Assembly (NCBI GenBank): GCA_050485245.1
Contig: JBJHBA010000013.1
Coordinates: forward strand, 56,992 to 120,991
Direction: 5' to 3'
Length of the DNA stretch: 64,000 nucleotides
DNA from: Verrucomicrobiota bacterium
Lineage (GTDB): Bacteria; Verrucomicrobiota; Verrucomicrobiia; Opitutales; Oceanipulchritudinaceae
Part shown: positions 27,048-37,955 of the stretch, piece by piece
Numbering within the stretch: the first letter of the stretch is position 1
Layout of the letters: every line of letters starts with the position of its first letter
Notes under the pieces: model-generated
The model's input: the letters and a program-made list of their open reading frames with translations, nothing else
Database searches by the model: none
Told to the model about the DNA's origin: nothing
Translations under genes and position numbers: made by a program

Positions 27048-28286
27048 ATGGCGGAATCCAAAGAAATTTCCATCGGCGACATTGGAGCACGCTCGGCAGC
27101 CGCCGAGCAGGAGTTCGGGGGCGACAAGCTCACCATTAACATGGGGCCCTCTCACCCTGCCACCCACGGGGTACTTCGGCTGGAGCTGGAACTCGACGGT
27201 GAAACGGTGACCAAATGTGATCCGGTCATTGGCTATCTCCATCGCGGAGATGAGAAAATCGCCGAAAAAATGACCTACAACCAGTTCATCCCGTACACGG
27301 ATCGACTGGATTACCTTGGTCCCATCCACAACAACGTCACTTTCGCCTTGGCGGTTGAAAAGCTCGCAGGCCTCGAAACCCCGCCCCGGTGTCAGGCGAT
27401 TCGGGTCCTTTGCTGTGAGTTGGCCCGCCTCCAGAGTCACCTTCTCGGCTGCGGAGTATTCGGGATGGATGCCGGTGCCCTCACCGTCTTCATGTACACC
27501 TTTACGGAACGGGAAAAGCTCTACACCCTGATGGAGCAGCTGACCGGTGCCCGTTTCACTACCAGCTATACCCGGATCGGTGGTCTCGCCCGCGATATTC
27601 CCGATGGCTGGCTGGGGAATGTTCTCAAAGTGATGAACGAACTGGAGCCGGTTATCACCGAAATCGACAAGCTTCTCAGCCGGAACCGCATTTTCTACGA
27701 CCGCACGGTCGATGTCGGGGTCATTTCCAGGGAGGATGCTATTGCCTACGGGCTCACCGGCCCAAACCTGCGGGCCAGCGGGGTGGCGGTGGATCTGCGC
27801 AAAGACGCTCCTTATCTCGGCTACGACCAATATGACTTCGACGTTCCCGTCGGGCAGAACGGTGATTGCTACGACCGCTGGCTGGTTCGTCTGGAGGAGA
27901 TGCGCCAATCGATCCGCATCGTCCGTCAGGTTATTGATAAGATGCCCGACGGCCCATGGTATGCGGAAGATGCCAAAAAGATTTTTGCACCCCGCAAAGA
28001 CAAGATCCTCACCAGCATGGAGGAACTCATTCAGGACTTCATGATCGTGACAGAAGGACCCCAAATGCCAGCGGGGGAAGTGTATTTTGAAGCCGAGAAT
28101 CCCAAGGGAGCGCTCGGCTTTTACATTGTATCCCATGGAGGCGGCGTTCCCTACCGGATGAAGATCCGCAGCCCCTCCTTCTGTAACCTTTCCATTCTTC
28201 CAAAGCTCTGCCTGGGTGCGATGGTGCCCGACATCCCGATCATCCTGGGCAGTCTCGACTTCGTCCTGGGAGAGTGTGACCGCTAG
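27048..28286 (+). CDS. nuoD: NADH-quinone oxidoreductase subunit D
   Basis: Motifs are NMGPSHPATHGVLRL and a C-terminal DFVLGECDR. Confidence 0.95.
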   Translation: MAESKEISIGDIGARSAAAEQEFGGDKLTINMGPSHPATHGVLRLELELDGETVTKCDPVIGYLHRGDEKIAEKMTYNQFIPYTDRLDYLGPIHNNVTFALAVEKLAGLETPPRCQAIRVLCCELARLQSHLLGCGVFGMDAGALTVFMYTFTEREKLYTLMEQLTGARFTTSYTRIGGLARDIPDGWLGNVLKVMNELEPVITEIDKLLSRNRIFYDRTVDVGVISREDAIAYGLTGPNLRASGVAVDLRKDAPYLGYDQYDFDVPVGQNGDCYDRWLVRLEEMRQSIRIVRQVIDKMPDGPWYAEDAKKIFAPRKDKILTSMEELIQDFMIVTEGPQMPAGEVYFEAENPKGALGFYIVSHGGGVPYRMKIRSPSFCNLSILPKLCLGAMVPDIPIILGSLDFVLGECDR

Positions 28287-28299
28287 ATTTTTCCCCGCC

Positions 28300-28809
28300 A
28301 TGGCATATACACCATCCGAAGCACTCGTCGCCTATGTGGCCAAGGTCGTCCCGCGCTATCCGCAGAAACGCAGCGCGGTTATGATGCTCCTGCACCATAT
28401 TCAGCGCGAAGACGGGCGCATTTCCCTCGAAGCCCAGGAATGGGTGGCAAAACAGCTAGAGATCTCGCCGATGCAGGTCCGCGAAGTCGTCACCTTTTAT
28501 CCCTACTACCGCGAACACGCCATCGGGAAGCGCTATATCCGCGTCTGCCGAACCCTTTCCTGTGCCCTTGGAGGCAGTTACAAGCTTTGCGACCAGATCT
28601 GCGCCTCCTTTGATACCAAACTCAACGAGGTTTCGCCCGACGGCCGCGTCACGGTGGAGTTCGCCGAGTGTCTCGCCAGTTGTGGAACCGCTCCGGTGAT
28701 CATGATTGACGACGACCTCCATGAGAAAGTAGACGAGGCTAAAGTCGAAGAGCTGTGCGCGAAAATCAAAGCCGAGACCCCGGCAGAAACCGCTCCCCAC
28801 GCCAGTTAA
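28300..28809 (+). CDS. nuoE: NADH-quinone oxidoreductase subunit E
   Basis: 2Fe-2S ligands are CRTLSCALGG and ECLASCGTAPV. Start at MAYTPSE (28300). Confidence 0.9.
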   Translation: MAYTPSEALVAYVAKVVPRYPQKRSAVMMLLHHIQREDGRISLEAQEWVAKQLEISPMQVREVVTFYPYYREHAIGKRYIRVCRTLSCALGGSYKLCDQICASFDTKLNEVSPDGRVTVEFAECLASCGTAPVIMIDDDLHEKVDEAKVEELCAKIKAETPAETAPHAS

Positions 28810-28823
28810 AGGAGTATCCGGCC

Positions 28824-30203
28824 ATGTTGATGTCTTTTCCCAAAAACACCGAAGCCCACCCTCTCGAACGGCGGATCATTCTGAAGAATTCCGAAAATCC
28901 GGATTTTGATCAGTCGATTGAGTGTGCTTTTCGTCACGGGGGCTATGAGATGCAGAAAAAAGCCTTCGGGATGAAGCCCGAGGAGGTGCATCAGGAAGTT
29001 CTCGACAGCGGCATCCGGGGACGCGGTGGGGCAGGCTTCCCGGCCGGGATGAAGTGGAAGTTTCTCGATCGCAAGAGTGGCAAACCGATCTACCTGATCT
29101 GCAACGCTGACGAATCCGAACCTGGCACCTTCAAGGACCGCCAGATCATGCATAAGGATCCGCACCAGTTGATCGAGGGCATGATGATCACGGCATATGC
29201 CATCCAGGCTGCCCAGGCTTTTATCTATATCCGTGAGGAGATGCCCTATGCGGCGCAGATACTCGAGGATGCCATTGAAGAAGCCCGCGCCCACAATCTG
29301 GTGGGGGACAACGTCCTCGGCAGCGGATATTCCTGTGAAATCATCGTCCACCGCGGGGCCGCCGCTTATATTTGTGGAGAAGAAACCGGCCTGATCGAGT
29401 CGCTCGAAGGCAAACGGGCCTACCCGCGGATCAAGCCGCCCTATTTCCCCGCCGCCCTTGGCCTCTACATGTGCCCGACCATCGTCAACAACGTGGAAAC
29501 CCTCTGCCACGTGCGACACGTGATGGAATACGGCGGCAAGGAATACGCCAATATCGGCACCCCGAACAACACCGGCACCCGTATCTGGTGTCTCAGCGGA
29601 CACGTCCGCAACCCCGGTTACTACGAACTCGAAACCGGGAAGGTGACATACGGACAATTGATCTTCGAAATCGGCGGTGGCCTCCGCCCCGGGCGCAGCC
29701 TGCAGGCTGTCATCCCCGGTGGATCCAGCGCCAAAGTCTGGCGGGCCGGTGAACGTTTTCAGGGCAAGCTGCGGGACGGCACTCCCTTCGACTGGGGCAT
29801 CGAAGACATTCCCCTTGATTTTGACAGTCCCATGGCGGCCGGTTCCATGAGCGGGTCTGGCGCCGTAATGGTGATCGATGACAGCGCTGACATCGTGGAA
29901 GTACTGGCCAATATCAACGCGTTTTACGCCCACGAAAGCTGCGGGCAGTGCACTCCTTGCCGCGAAGGCAGCCTCTGGATGAAAAAGATCACCACCCGGA
30001 TGGTCAATGGCGGGGCACGCGCCGAGGACGGTGAGCTGCTGGCCTCCATCGGGGATCAAATCGCAGGGCGGACGATCTGCGCCCACGGTGAGGCCTGCGC
30101 TTGGCCGACCCAGAGTTTTGTCGCCAAGTTCGGGGACAAATTCCAAGCCAAGTCCAAGGATAATGCCGCTGGAACCCATCGCAGCGAATACCGCCTCGTA
30201 TAG
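28824..30203 (+). CDS. nuoF: NADH-quinone oxidoreductase subunit F
   Basis: FMN/NADH site is GRGGAGFPAGMKW. The N3 cluster motif is ESCGQCTPCREG. Confidence 0.95.
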   Translation: MLMSFPKNTEAHPLERRIILKNSENPDFDQSIECAFRHGGYEMQKKAFGMKPEEVHQEVLDSGIRGRGGAGFPAGMKWKFLDRKSGKPIYLICNADESEPGTFKDRQIMHKDPHQLIEGMMITAYAIQAAQAFIYIREEMPYAAQILEDAIEEARAHNLVGDNVLGSGYSCEIIVHRGAAAYICGEETGLIESLEGKRAYPRIKPPYFPAALGLYMCPTIVNNVETLCHVRHVMEYGGKEYANIGTPNNTGTRIWCLSGHVRNPGYYELETGKVTYGQLIFEIGGGLRPGRSLQAVIPGGSSAKVWRAGERFQGKLRDGTPFDWGIEDIPLDFDSPMAAGSMSGSGAVMVIDDSADIVEVLANINAFYAHESCGQCTPCREGSLWMKKITTRMVNGGARAEDGELLASIGDQIAGRTICAHGEACAWPTQSFVAKFGDKFQAKSKDNAAGTHRSEYRLV

Positions 30204-30213
30204 CATTTAAATC

Positions 30214-31914
30214 ATGAGCGAGTCCTCCGATCAACTCATCACCATCAACCTCGACGGCAAAGACGTTCAGGTCCCTTCCGGGCTCAACCTGATTGAGGCC
30301 GCCGAGCAGCATAAGGTAGAGATCCCCCACTACTGCTACCATCCCAAGCTGAGTGTGCCGGGTAACTGCCGGATGTGCCTGGTTGAAATGGGAACACCGG
30401 GCATCGACCGGGCGACGGGAGAACCGATGCTCAATGAAGACGGTTCTCCCAAGATCATGTGGGTCCCCAAGCCGGTTATCGGCTGTGCCACCAAGGTTTC
30501 ACCTGGGATGCACGTCCGCACCCAGTCTCCCACGGTTAAGGAAGCCCGCGAAGGGGTGATGGAATTTCTGCTCGTCAACCACCCCCTTGATTGCCCCATC
30601 TGCGACCAAGCTGGAGAGTGCCGCCTGCAGGAGTTTGCCACCGACTACGGACGGGGTTTCTCCCGCTTCATCGAACAGAAAAACGTCAAGCCCAAGCGCA
30701 CCCGGATCGGACCGCGGGTCGTCCTCGACGACGAGCGCTGCATCCTCTGCTCCCGCTGTATCCGCTTCTGTGACGAAATCATCGGTGAGCATATCCTCGG
30801 CTTTACTGACCGCGGCAGCTATTCGACCCTGACCATCTTCCCCGGCAAGGAACTCGAGAGCAATTATTCGCTCAACACGGTCGACATCTGCCCGGTGGGA
30901 GCCCTCACCAGCACGGATTTCCGCTTTAAAATGCGGGTCTGGTTCCTCAAGGAGACTCCCTCCATCGACACCGAGTCGAGCGTCGGCTGCAACACCCTCG
31001 TGGGCAGTCGCGAAGGCAAAATCTACCGCATCACCCCCCGCCGCAACGATGCGGTCAACGATACCTGGATGCCGGATAGCGGGCGCGTACTCTATAAGCA
31101 GGTCGATTCTGACGACCGCATGACGCAATATGCCATCGACGGAAAACCCTGCTCGCCGGATGAAGCCTTTGCCCTCAGTGCGACCCTCCTGCGCAATGCC
31201 CCCATCGCGGTGGTCGGCAGTGGCCGCCTGAGTGTGGAGGAGCAGTTCATTCTCAAGTCCCTCCGCGACCGCCTGCCCGAAGGCACCCTCACTTTCCTCG
31301 TCGGACGCACCGGTGAAGAGGACGGCATGCTGATCAGCGCCGACCGCAATCCCAATGTGCGCGGAGCCCTCCTGACTGGTTTGACGGACTCCATTCCGGC
31401 CAACGATCTCAAGGAACTGGGTGCCCTCATCGATGCCGGAAAAGTCAGCACCATCCTCACGGTGGGGGAACCGCTCTGTGTTGCCGGGATCACCAAGGAG
31501 CAGATGAAGAAGGTCGATGTCGTTTTCTTGGGAACCCACCACTGCGATACCAGCCAGTTTGCCAAGGTGGAAATCCCACTGCTGACTGTCTTCGAAAAGT
31601 CGGGCACTTTCGTCAACCAGCAGTTCCGGGTGCAGAAATTCCAGCAGGCCATCCCCGGTCCCAAGGGTGTGCTTTTCGGGCTGAGCAATCTGACCCGCCT
31701 CTATCAGGCCGTGACCGGAGAGAAAACCTTTGCACCCAGCCCGGCGGCGATTTGGAAGAAAATGGGCGAAGACATCGCGGAATTTTCCGGATTCACTTTT
31801 GAAAGCATCCCTTCCACCGGACAGGTGGTTTCCGACCAGCGTTTTTCCCAGCTTCCTTTTGTGGAAGGAACTTCGCTTCATTTTGAACCCCGGAAGGAGG
31901 CTTCACCGGCCTGA
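30214..31914 (+). CDS. nuoG: NADH-quinone oxidoreductase subunit G (short form, 566 aa)
   Basis: Motifs are CYHPKLSVPGNCRMCLVE, HPLDCPICDQAGEC and RCILCSRCIRFC. Confidence 0.9.
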   Translation: MSESSDQLITINLDGKDVQVPSGLNLIEAAEQHKVEIPHYCYHPKLSVPGNCRMCLVEMGTPGIDRATGEPMLNEDGSPKIMWVPKPVIGCATKVSPGMHVRTQSPTVKEAREGVMEFLLVNHPLDCPICDQAGECRLQEFATDYGRGFSRFIEQKNVKPKRTRIGPRVVLDDERCILCSRCIRFCDEIIGEHILGFTDRGSYSTLTIFPGKELESNYSLNTVDICPVGALTSTDFRFKMRVWFLKETPSIDTESSVGCNTLVGSREGKIYRITPRRNDAVNDTWMPDSGRVLYKQVDSDDRMTQYAIDGKPCSPDEAFALSATLLRNAPIAVVGSGRLSVEEQFILKSLRDRLPEGTLTFLVGRTGEEDGMLISADRNPNVRGALLTGLTDSIPANDLKELGALIDAGKVSTILTVGEPLCVAGITKEQMKKVDVVFLGTHHCDTSQFAKVEIPLLTVFEKSGTFVNQQFRVQKFQQAIPGPKGVLFGLSNLTRLYQAVTGEKTFAPSPAAIWKKMGEDIAEFSGFTFESIPSTGQVVSDQRFSQLPFVEGTSLHFEPRKEASPA

Positions 31915-31962
31915 CGCGATGCCCGCCTTTTGGTAGTAGAGCGTAAACCATTTGCTGACAAC

Positions 31963-33048
31963 ATGATCTGGCAAGACATATTCATCGGACTGCTCAAGGC
32001 GTCTATCATGATCGGGGCGGTCATGTCCTGCGCCGGCTACGCCGTGCTCGTCGAGCGCAAGGTGGCTGCCTGGATTCAGGGGCGTCCCGGTCCCAACCGC
32101 ACGAGCCTTCCTCTGATTGGGGCACTCCCCATCATCGGCCCCTTCCTCACACGTCTGGGAGTCTTTCAACCGGCGGCCGACGGCCTGAAGTTTCTCTTCA
32201 AAGAAGAGCCCTTCCCCGGACACGTGAACAAATTTTACTACGTGCTGGCCCCGCTGGTCGCCTTCATCCCTGCGATGTTGACCATGACCGTGCTGCCGGT
32301 GGGGCAGTGGACGGTGGATGGTGTCACCCAACCCATCGTTCTGGCCAATCTCGATATCGGTATCCTCTTCATTCTGGCCGTTTCCTCTCTGGGGGTCTAC
32401 GGCATCATCCTCGCAGGATGGGCGGCCAACTCCAAATATCCTTTCCTCGGCGGCATCCGGGCCAGCGCCCAGATGATCAGCTATGAGCTGTCCCTCGCCA
32501 TGTCGCTGCTGCCGGTATTCATGTGGTACGGGGGCAGCCTCAACATCGCCTCCATTGTCGAGGCACAGTCCGGGGTCTTCCCTGTCTGGACCATACTTAT
32601 CCAGCCGCTCTCCGCCCTGATCTTCCTCGTTGCCCTCTTTGCCGAGACCAACCGTCTGCCCTTTGATATGCCCGAGTCGGAAACTGACCTTGTGGCGGGG
32701 TATAATACCGAATACGGTGCCTTCAAGTTCGGCCTCTTCTTTGTTGGAGAATACACCCACATCATCATCGGGTCGGGTGTCTTCGTCGCGCTCTTCCTCG
32801 GAGGCTGGCACATTCCCTTTGTGGAGCTGTCTTCCATGCCAGTCGGCATCCCCGGTGCCTTGCTCTCTATCGGAGCCTTTGCACTGAAGACTTTTGCCGT
32901 CGTCTTTTTCTTTATCTGGATTCGCTGGACCCTGCCGCGTTTCCGCTACGATCAGGTGATGAACCTTGGATGGAAAATCCTCCTTCCTCTTTCCGTCGCC
33001 AACCTCATCTTCTACGCGATCCTCATCGCGGTAATTGAACAATTTTAG
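31963..33048 (+). CDS. nuoH: NADH-quinone oxidoreductase subunit H
   Basis: Polytopic membrane protein. Motifs are ERKVAAWIQGRPGPNR and ETNRLPFDMPESETDLVAGYNTEY. ATG at 31963. Confidence 0.95.
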   Translation: MIWQDIFIGLLKASIMIGAVMSCAGYAVLVERKVAAWIQGRPGPNRTSLPLIGALPIIGPFLTRLGVFQPAADGLKFLFKEEPFPGHVNKFYYVLAPLVAFIPAMLTMTVLPVGQWTVDGVTQPIVLANLDIGILFILAVSSLGVYGIILAGWAANSKYPFLGGIRASAQMISYELSLAMSLLPVFMWYGGSLNIASIVEAQSGVFPVWTILIQPLSALIFLVALFAETNRLPFDMPESETDLVAGYNTEYGAFKFGLFFVGEYTHIIIGSGVFVALFLGGWHIPFVELSSMPVGIPGALLSIGAFALKTFAVVFFFIWIRWTLPRFRYDQVMNLGWKILLPLSVANLIFYAILIAVIEQF

Positions 33049-33059
33049 GAGGGATTCTC

Positions 33060-33602
33060 ATGGCTACAAAAATCGTCGAACGTAAGCCCCTCAGTCTGGC
33101 GGAAAAAACCTATCTTCCGCAGATCGTGAACGGTCTCAAGATCACGATGCAGAACATGTTCAAACCCACTGTGACCCTCGAGTATCCGGAAGAACGTCCG
33201 GATATTCCTCCCGGTTACCGTGGGGTTCCGACTCTGGTCAAAGATCCCAACGGGCGCACCAAGTGCGTCTCCTGTCAGCTCTGTGAGTTTGTTTGCCCAC
33301 CCAAGGCCATTCGAATCACCCCGGGTGAAATCTCCGGCAGCTCTGAATATGCCCATGTCGAAAAGGCACCGCAGGAATTTGATATCAATATGCTGCGCTG
33401 CATTTACTGCGGCTTCTGCCAGGAGGTATGCCCTGAGGAGGCAATTTTTCTCAAGGATATGTTTTCCCTCTCCGGTTACACCCGGGAGGAAATGGTCTTT
33501 AAAAAGGAAAAGCTCCTCGAACTGGGCGGAACGCTTCCCGACAGGCATTACAAATGGGACAAGAAAAAAGCCGCTGAAGCGTCGGCTGGCGCCCATCACT
33601 GA
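33060..33602 (+). CDS. nuoI: NADH-quinone oxidoreductase subunit I
   Basis: Two 4Fe-4S motifs, CVSCQLCEFVCP and CIYCGFCQEVCP. Confidence 0.95.
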   Translation: MATKIVERKPLSLAEKTYLPQIVNGLKITMQNMFKPTVTLEYPEERPDIPPGYRGVPTLVKDPNGRTKCVSCQLCEFVCPPKAIRITPGEISGSSEYAHVEKAPQEFDINMLRCIYCGFCQEVCPEEAIFLKDMFSLSGYTREEMVFKKEKLLELGGTLPDRHYKWDKKKAAEASAGAHH

Positions 33603-33628
33603 TCTCTCAATATCCAACGCAACTTTCC

Positions 33629-34147
33629 ATGGACTGGCTCTTCTTCATTCTCGCGGCAATCACGCTGATCCCGGCGTTGTTTGTGGCGGTCGCCCGTAAT
33701 CCGGTCAATGCGGTGATGAACATGATTATCTCCCTCGTCGGTATGGCCGGGCTGATGGTCTTGCTCGAAACCTACTTCCTCGCGGTCTTGCAGATTATCG
33801 TCTACGCCGGGGCCATCATCGTGCTCTTTCTTTTCATCATCATGCTGATCGATGCGGAAAGGGCACCGCCCGCCAGCCTTCTGCGCACCCTTGCTGCCGG
33901 AGTTGGACTCTTACTCCTTCTGGTCGGTGCCTGGGCACTGAGTTTCTCCGGCCAGGTCGGCCCTTTTCCCGCGATTTCCACTCCGGCCCCGATGGCTGCC
34001 TCCAAGGTCTTCGGAGTCGAGCTGTTCACCCGCTTTATGCTGCCGTTTCAGGTTGCCGGATTCATGCTGTTGATCGCCATGATCGGAGTTATTGTGGTGA
34101 GCAAGAAGCACCTTGAAACCGATTCGAAGGAAGGAGGTCAGGCGTGA
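33629..34147 (+). CDS. nuoJ: NADH-quinone oxidoreductase subunit J
   Basis: 5-TM protein in the conserved operon position. Motif [25 protein letters not shown]. Confidence 0.9.
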   Translation: MDWLFFILAAITLIPALFVAVARNPVNAVMNMIISLVGMAGLMVLLETYFLAVLQIIVYAGAIIVLFLFIIMLIDAERAPPASLLRTLAAGVGLLLLLVGAWALSFSGQVGPFPAISTPAPMAASKVFGVELFTRFMLPFQVAGFMLLIAMIGVIVVSKKHLETDSKEGGQA

Positions 34148-34464
34148 GCATCGAACTGTCCCACTACCTTTTTGTGGCCAGCGCGCTGTTTGCCATCGGC
34201 TTCTTCGGCGTGCTCCTGCGGCGCAACACCCTCGTCATTTTCATGAGTCTGGAACTCATGCTCAGTGCCTCTATCCTGGCACTGGTGGCTTTTTCCCGTT
34301 TCCATTCCACCCCGGAAGCCGCCCTCTACAGCGGCAATGTCTTTGTCCTATTCATAATTGCCATTGCCGCCTGTGAGGTGGCGGTTGGCCTCGCCATCAT
34401 CGTGGCCCTCTGGCGTCGCCGCCAGACCGTCGATGTGGCTGAACTCGCGGAGATGAAAAACTAA
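34144..34464 (+). CDS. nuoK: NADH-quinone oxidoreductase subunit K
   Basis: 106 aa with 3 TM segments. Motifs are LMLSASIL and [19 protein letters not shown] start overlaps the nuoJ stop. Confidence 0.9.
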   Translation: MSIELSHYLFVASALFAIGFFGVLLRRNTLVIFMSLELMLSASILALVAFSRFHSTPEAALYSGNVFVLFIIAIAACEVAVGLAIIVALWRRRQTVDVAELAEMKN

Positions 34465-36350
34465 TGGTCCCGCAACTGCTCACTACCATTCTACTCAGCC
34501 CGCTGGCTGCGGCCGGTATGATCTGGCTTTTCGGGCGGAGCCACCACAACCTTGCCGCCGGTCTCTCCGTCCTCGCGGCCGGTGTGGCCATGGCCTCAGC
34601 CCTCTACCTCCTGCTGATTGCCTGGGATGGCAACCCGTTCCTGTCCGCAGGGATTGAGTGGCTGACGCTGGGAGAATTCACCATTTCCTTTGGCTATCTG
34701 CTCAACCCGGTGTCCGCCGCCATGTTGCTGGTGGTGACCTTTGTCGGGTTCTGGATCCATGTCTTCAGCCTTGGCTACATGCAGGGGGATCCGGGCAAGG
34801 GTCGCTTCTTCGGCGGGCTCTCCATCTTCATGTTCTCGATGCTTGGCATCGTCCTCGCCGACAACCTCTGGATGGTCTTCATCTTTTGGGAACTGGTCGG
34901 CTTCAGCTCCTACATGCTGATCGGTCACTATCTCAACGACGAGGCCGGGGCCGCCTCCCGGAAGGCTTTCATCGCCAATCGGGTGGGGGACTTCGGGTTC
35001 CTCCTCGGTATCATCCTGGTTCAGTGGCAGTTCGGGACCACCAGTTTTGCTGCGCTTGAAGCCGCCGGAACCAGCCTTTCCACTGTGGCCGGACTTCTCC
35101 TTTTCTGCGGAGTTCTCGGGAAATCGGCACAGATGCCTCTTCACGTCTGGCTGCCGGACGCAATGGCGGGCCCCACCCCGATCTCCGCCCTCATCCACGC
35201 GGCCACCATGGTGGCAGCCGGGGTCTTCCTCCTCGCCCGGCTCTTCTTCGTCTTTTCGCCCGATGCCCTTTCCCTCATTCTCTGGGTGGGCACAGTGACC
35301 GCACTGAGCGCCGCCATCTGGGCTTTTGCCCAGCGCGACATTAAGAAGATCCTCGCCTATTCAACGCTTTCTCAGCTGGGCTTCATGGTCGCCGCCTTCG
35401 GGCTCGGAACCCTCTATGGGCGTGAACACGCCGCAGAGGGGATGGCCCTCTATTACGGAGTCGGAGCGGCCATGTTCCACCTCACGACCCACGCCTTTTT
35501 CAAGGCACTGCTCTTCCTCGGCTCCGGCTCGGTCATCCATGCCTGCCACCATGAGCAGGATATCTTCAAAATGGGCGGGCTGCTCAAGAAAATGCCCATT
35601 ACCGGCACGACCTTTCTCATTGGGGTGATCGCCATCGCCGGGGTGCCTTTTATCTCCGCCGGCTTTTTCAGCAAGGACGCCATCCTCTACATCGCCATGC
35701 AGCAAAACCAGGCGGTCTTTGGCATCCTTACCTTCACCGCCCTGCTCACCGCTGCCTACATGGGGCGCCTCTTCTTTATCGCCTTTCTCGGTACACCCAA
35801 CAGCGAGCATGCCGACCATGCGCATGAATCTTCCTGGACGATGTGGCTGCCATTGGTGGTCCTGGCCATTTTCTCTGTTGGAGGCGGTTACATGGTGCTC
35901 TATCCCGAGACCGTTCACCTCGCACTGGACGGCTATGTGCCGCATCCGGTGGGGAACGAACACTGGCTGTTTGTGGGTCTCTCCCTTGCCTTGGCCGCGC
36001 TCGGTCTGCTCGGGGCCCGTCTGTTCTATGGGGTTGGCTCTGCTGAGGATCGTCTCGAAGCCAAAGTGCGTCCACTGTGGGCGTTCTCCCGCTCCCGCTT
36101 TTACTTCGATGAAATTTACAGCTGGTATATCGAGAAAGTCCAACAGCGCTTTGCCAACATGCTGGATTTCATCGACGCCATCCTGATCGGCGGACTGGCC
36201 GTGCGTGGCCCCGCTGGGATCATGGGCCTCTTTGGCCTGCTCGGGCGCAGTGCCCATACCGGCAATATCGGCGCCTACGTCTGGTGGTTCTTCATCGGAC
36301 TTCTCTTCATTCTGGGCTTTTCCACCGGGCTTTTTGCCCAGCTATTTTAG
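34464..36350 (+). CDS. nuoL: NADH-quinone oxidoreductase subunit L
   Basis: Antiporter-like subunit. Motifs are WELVGFSSYMLIGHY and GKSAQMPLHVWLPDAMAGPTPISALIHAATMV. TAATG overlap with nuoK. Confidence 0.95.
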   Translation: MVPQLLTTILLSPLAAAGMIWLFGRSHHNLAAGLSVLAAGVAMASALYLLLIAWDGNPFLSAGIEWLTLGEFTISFGYLLNPVSAAMLLVVTFVGFWIHVFSLGYMQGDPGKGRFFGGLSIFMFSMLGIVLADNLWMVFIFWELVGFSSYMLIGHYLNDEAGAASRKAFIANRVGDFGFLLGIILVQWQFGTTSFAALEAAGTSLSTVAGLLLFCGVLGKSAQMPLHVWLPDAMAGPTPISALIHAATMVAAGVFLLARLFFVFSPDALSLILWVGTVTALSAAIWAFAQRDIKKILAYSTLSQLGFMVAAFGLGTLYGREHAAEGMALYYGVGAAMFHLTTHAFFKALLFLGSGSVIHACHHEQDIFKMGGLLKKMPITGTTFLIGVIAIAGVPFISAGFFSKDAILYIAMQQNQAVFGILTFTALLTAAYMGRLFFIAFLGTPNSEHADHAHESSWTMWLPLVVLAIFSVGGGYMVLYPETVHLALDGYVPHPVGNEHWLFVGLSLALAALGLLGARLFYGVGSAEDRLEAKVRPLWAFSRSRFYFDEIYSWYIEKVQQRFANMLDFIDAILIGGLAVRGPAGIMGLFGLLGRSAHTGNIGAYVWWFFIGLLFILGFSTGLFAQLF

Positions 36351-36356
36351 TCAGCC

Positions 36357-37943
36357 ATGACCGCACTTTTCTCCCTCGCATTCTTCGATGCCACTGCTGA
36401 GTTTCTCCGTTCAGTAGATGCCGCGGCCCTGGGACGGATCAATACCACCGTCCTGCTGCTTTCGATCCTGACCCCGCTCTGTGTGGCCATTGCCCTGGCG
36501 ACTACCGGCAAGGTTACCAACGCAGCTATTCGTGGAGCCGGCCTCTTTGGTTTTTTGGTTCCTTTTCTCGGGGCAACCTGGCTGTTCGTCTCCTACCAGA
36601 CGATTGTTCAGGATGGAGGCTACGCCTTTCTGTTTATCGCGCCAACCGGACTGGAATTTATCGGCATCCACCTGTTTCTCGGCCTCAACGGTATTTCCAT
36701 GCCGCTCTTCTGGATGGCCTCCATCGTCGGTCTGGCTGCCGGATGGTACGGACTGCGGGAAGACAAGGATCGCTTGCGGATTTTTGCCATCCTGCTGCTG
36801 ACTATGCAAACAGGCCTGATGGGTCTCTTTGCCTCGATCGATATCTTCTTCTTTTACTTCTTCCACGAATTCGCCCTTATCCCGACTTTCATCATGATCG
36901 CGATGTGGGGTGGACGTGGCCGCAAGGTGGTGGCGCTGGAACTGACCATCTACCTGACCGTCGGCGCCATGCTGACTCTGGCCGGACTGATTGCCCTATT
37001 CATCTTCAGCGGAGCGTCCTCCTTCGACATGATCACCTTGCGTCAGTCCATTGCTGACATTCCGGCGGAGAAAACCGTTTTTGCCCTGCTCTTGGTCGGA
37101 TTCGGTATCCTTGTTTCGCTCTTTCCCTTCCACACCTGGGCTCCGCGTGGTTATGCCACGGCTCCGGCCTCCGTCGCCATGCTGCATGCGGGGGTACTGA
37201 AAAAATTCGGCCTGTATGGCTTGATCCAGATCGCCCTCCCACTGCTTCCCGAAGGCCGTGAATTCTGGGCTCCAACCCTGATGTGGCTGGCCATCGGCAA
37301 TGTGCTCATCATAGGCTTTGTCACGCTGGCCCAGCGTGACCTCAAATACATGCTGGGGAATGCCTCTGTCATGCACATGGGCTACGCCTTCCTCGGCCTG
37401 TTTGCCTATTCAACCGTCGGGGTGGGGGGAGCCGTCCTCATGCTCTTTGCCCACGGCCTGTCCATCGCCCTCTTGTTCCTGCTCGCCGACGTGATCGAGC
37501 ATCGGGCCGGAACCACCGAGTTCAGCGAACTGGGTGGGCTCTCCAAGAGTGCTCCGGTGCTGATGGCATTTTTCGTTGCCGGGACCATGGCCAGCATCGG
37601 CCTGCCGGGTTTTGCCAACTTCTGGGGAGAAATGGCCATCTTCGTGGCATTGTTCAAATCGTCCACTCCCTGGGTGGTGGTCCCGGCGGTGGCTGGGATC
37701 GTGATCAGCGCCATCTATGGTCTTCGGGCCGTTTCCCGGATTTTCTTCGGTGCATCCAAGCGCACTTACGACGGGGGTGATCTTACCACCCAGGAAAAAT
37801 TCCCCGCCTTTCTCCTTTTGATCGCCCTATTGGTGGTCGGCTTCTGGCCCCGCCTTTTCTCCGACAATCTGGATGCCTCCATTCAGGCCAACGGAGTACC
37901 ATCTTCCACCGCTACCGTCGTCGAGACGGCTTTATCCGAGTAA
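36357..37943 (+). CDS. nuoM: NADH-quinone oxidoreductase subunit M
   Basis: Antiporter-like subunit with HTWAPRGYATAPASVAMLHAGVLKKFGLYG, in the conserved operon position. Confidence 0.9.
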   Translation: MTALFSLAFFDATAEFLRSVDAAALGRINTTVLLLSILTPLCVAIALATTGKVTNAAIRGAGLFGFLVPFLGATWLFVSYQTIVQDGGYAFLFIAPTGLEFIGIHLFLGLNGISMPLFWMASIVGLAAGWYGLREDKDRLRIFAILLLTMQTGLMGLFASIDIFFFYFFHEFALIPTFIMIAMWGGRGRKVVALELTIYLTVGAMLTLAGLIALFIFSGASSFDMITLRQSIADIPAEKTVFALLLVGFGILVSLFPFHTWAPRGYATAPASVAMLHAGVLKKFGLYGLIQIALPLLPEGREFWAPTLMWLAIGNVLIIGFVTLAQRDLKYMLGNASVMHMGYAFLGLFAYSTVGVGGAVLMLFAHGLSIALLFLLADVIEHRAGTTEFSELGGLSKSAPVLMAFFVAGTMASIGLPGFANFWGEMAIFVALFKSSTPWVVVPAVAGIVISAIYGLRAVSRIFFGASKRTYDGGDLTTQEKFPAFLLLIALLVVGFWPRLFSDNLDASIQANGVPSSTATVVETALSE

Positions 37944-37955
37944 TCCATTTTTGCG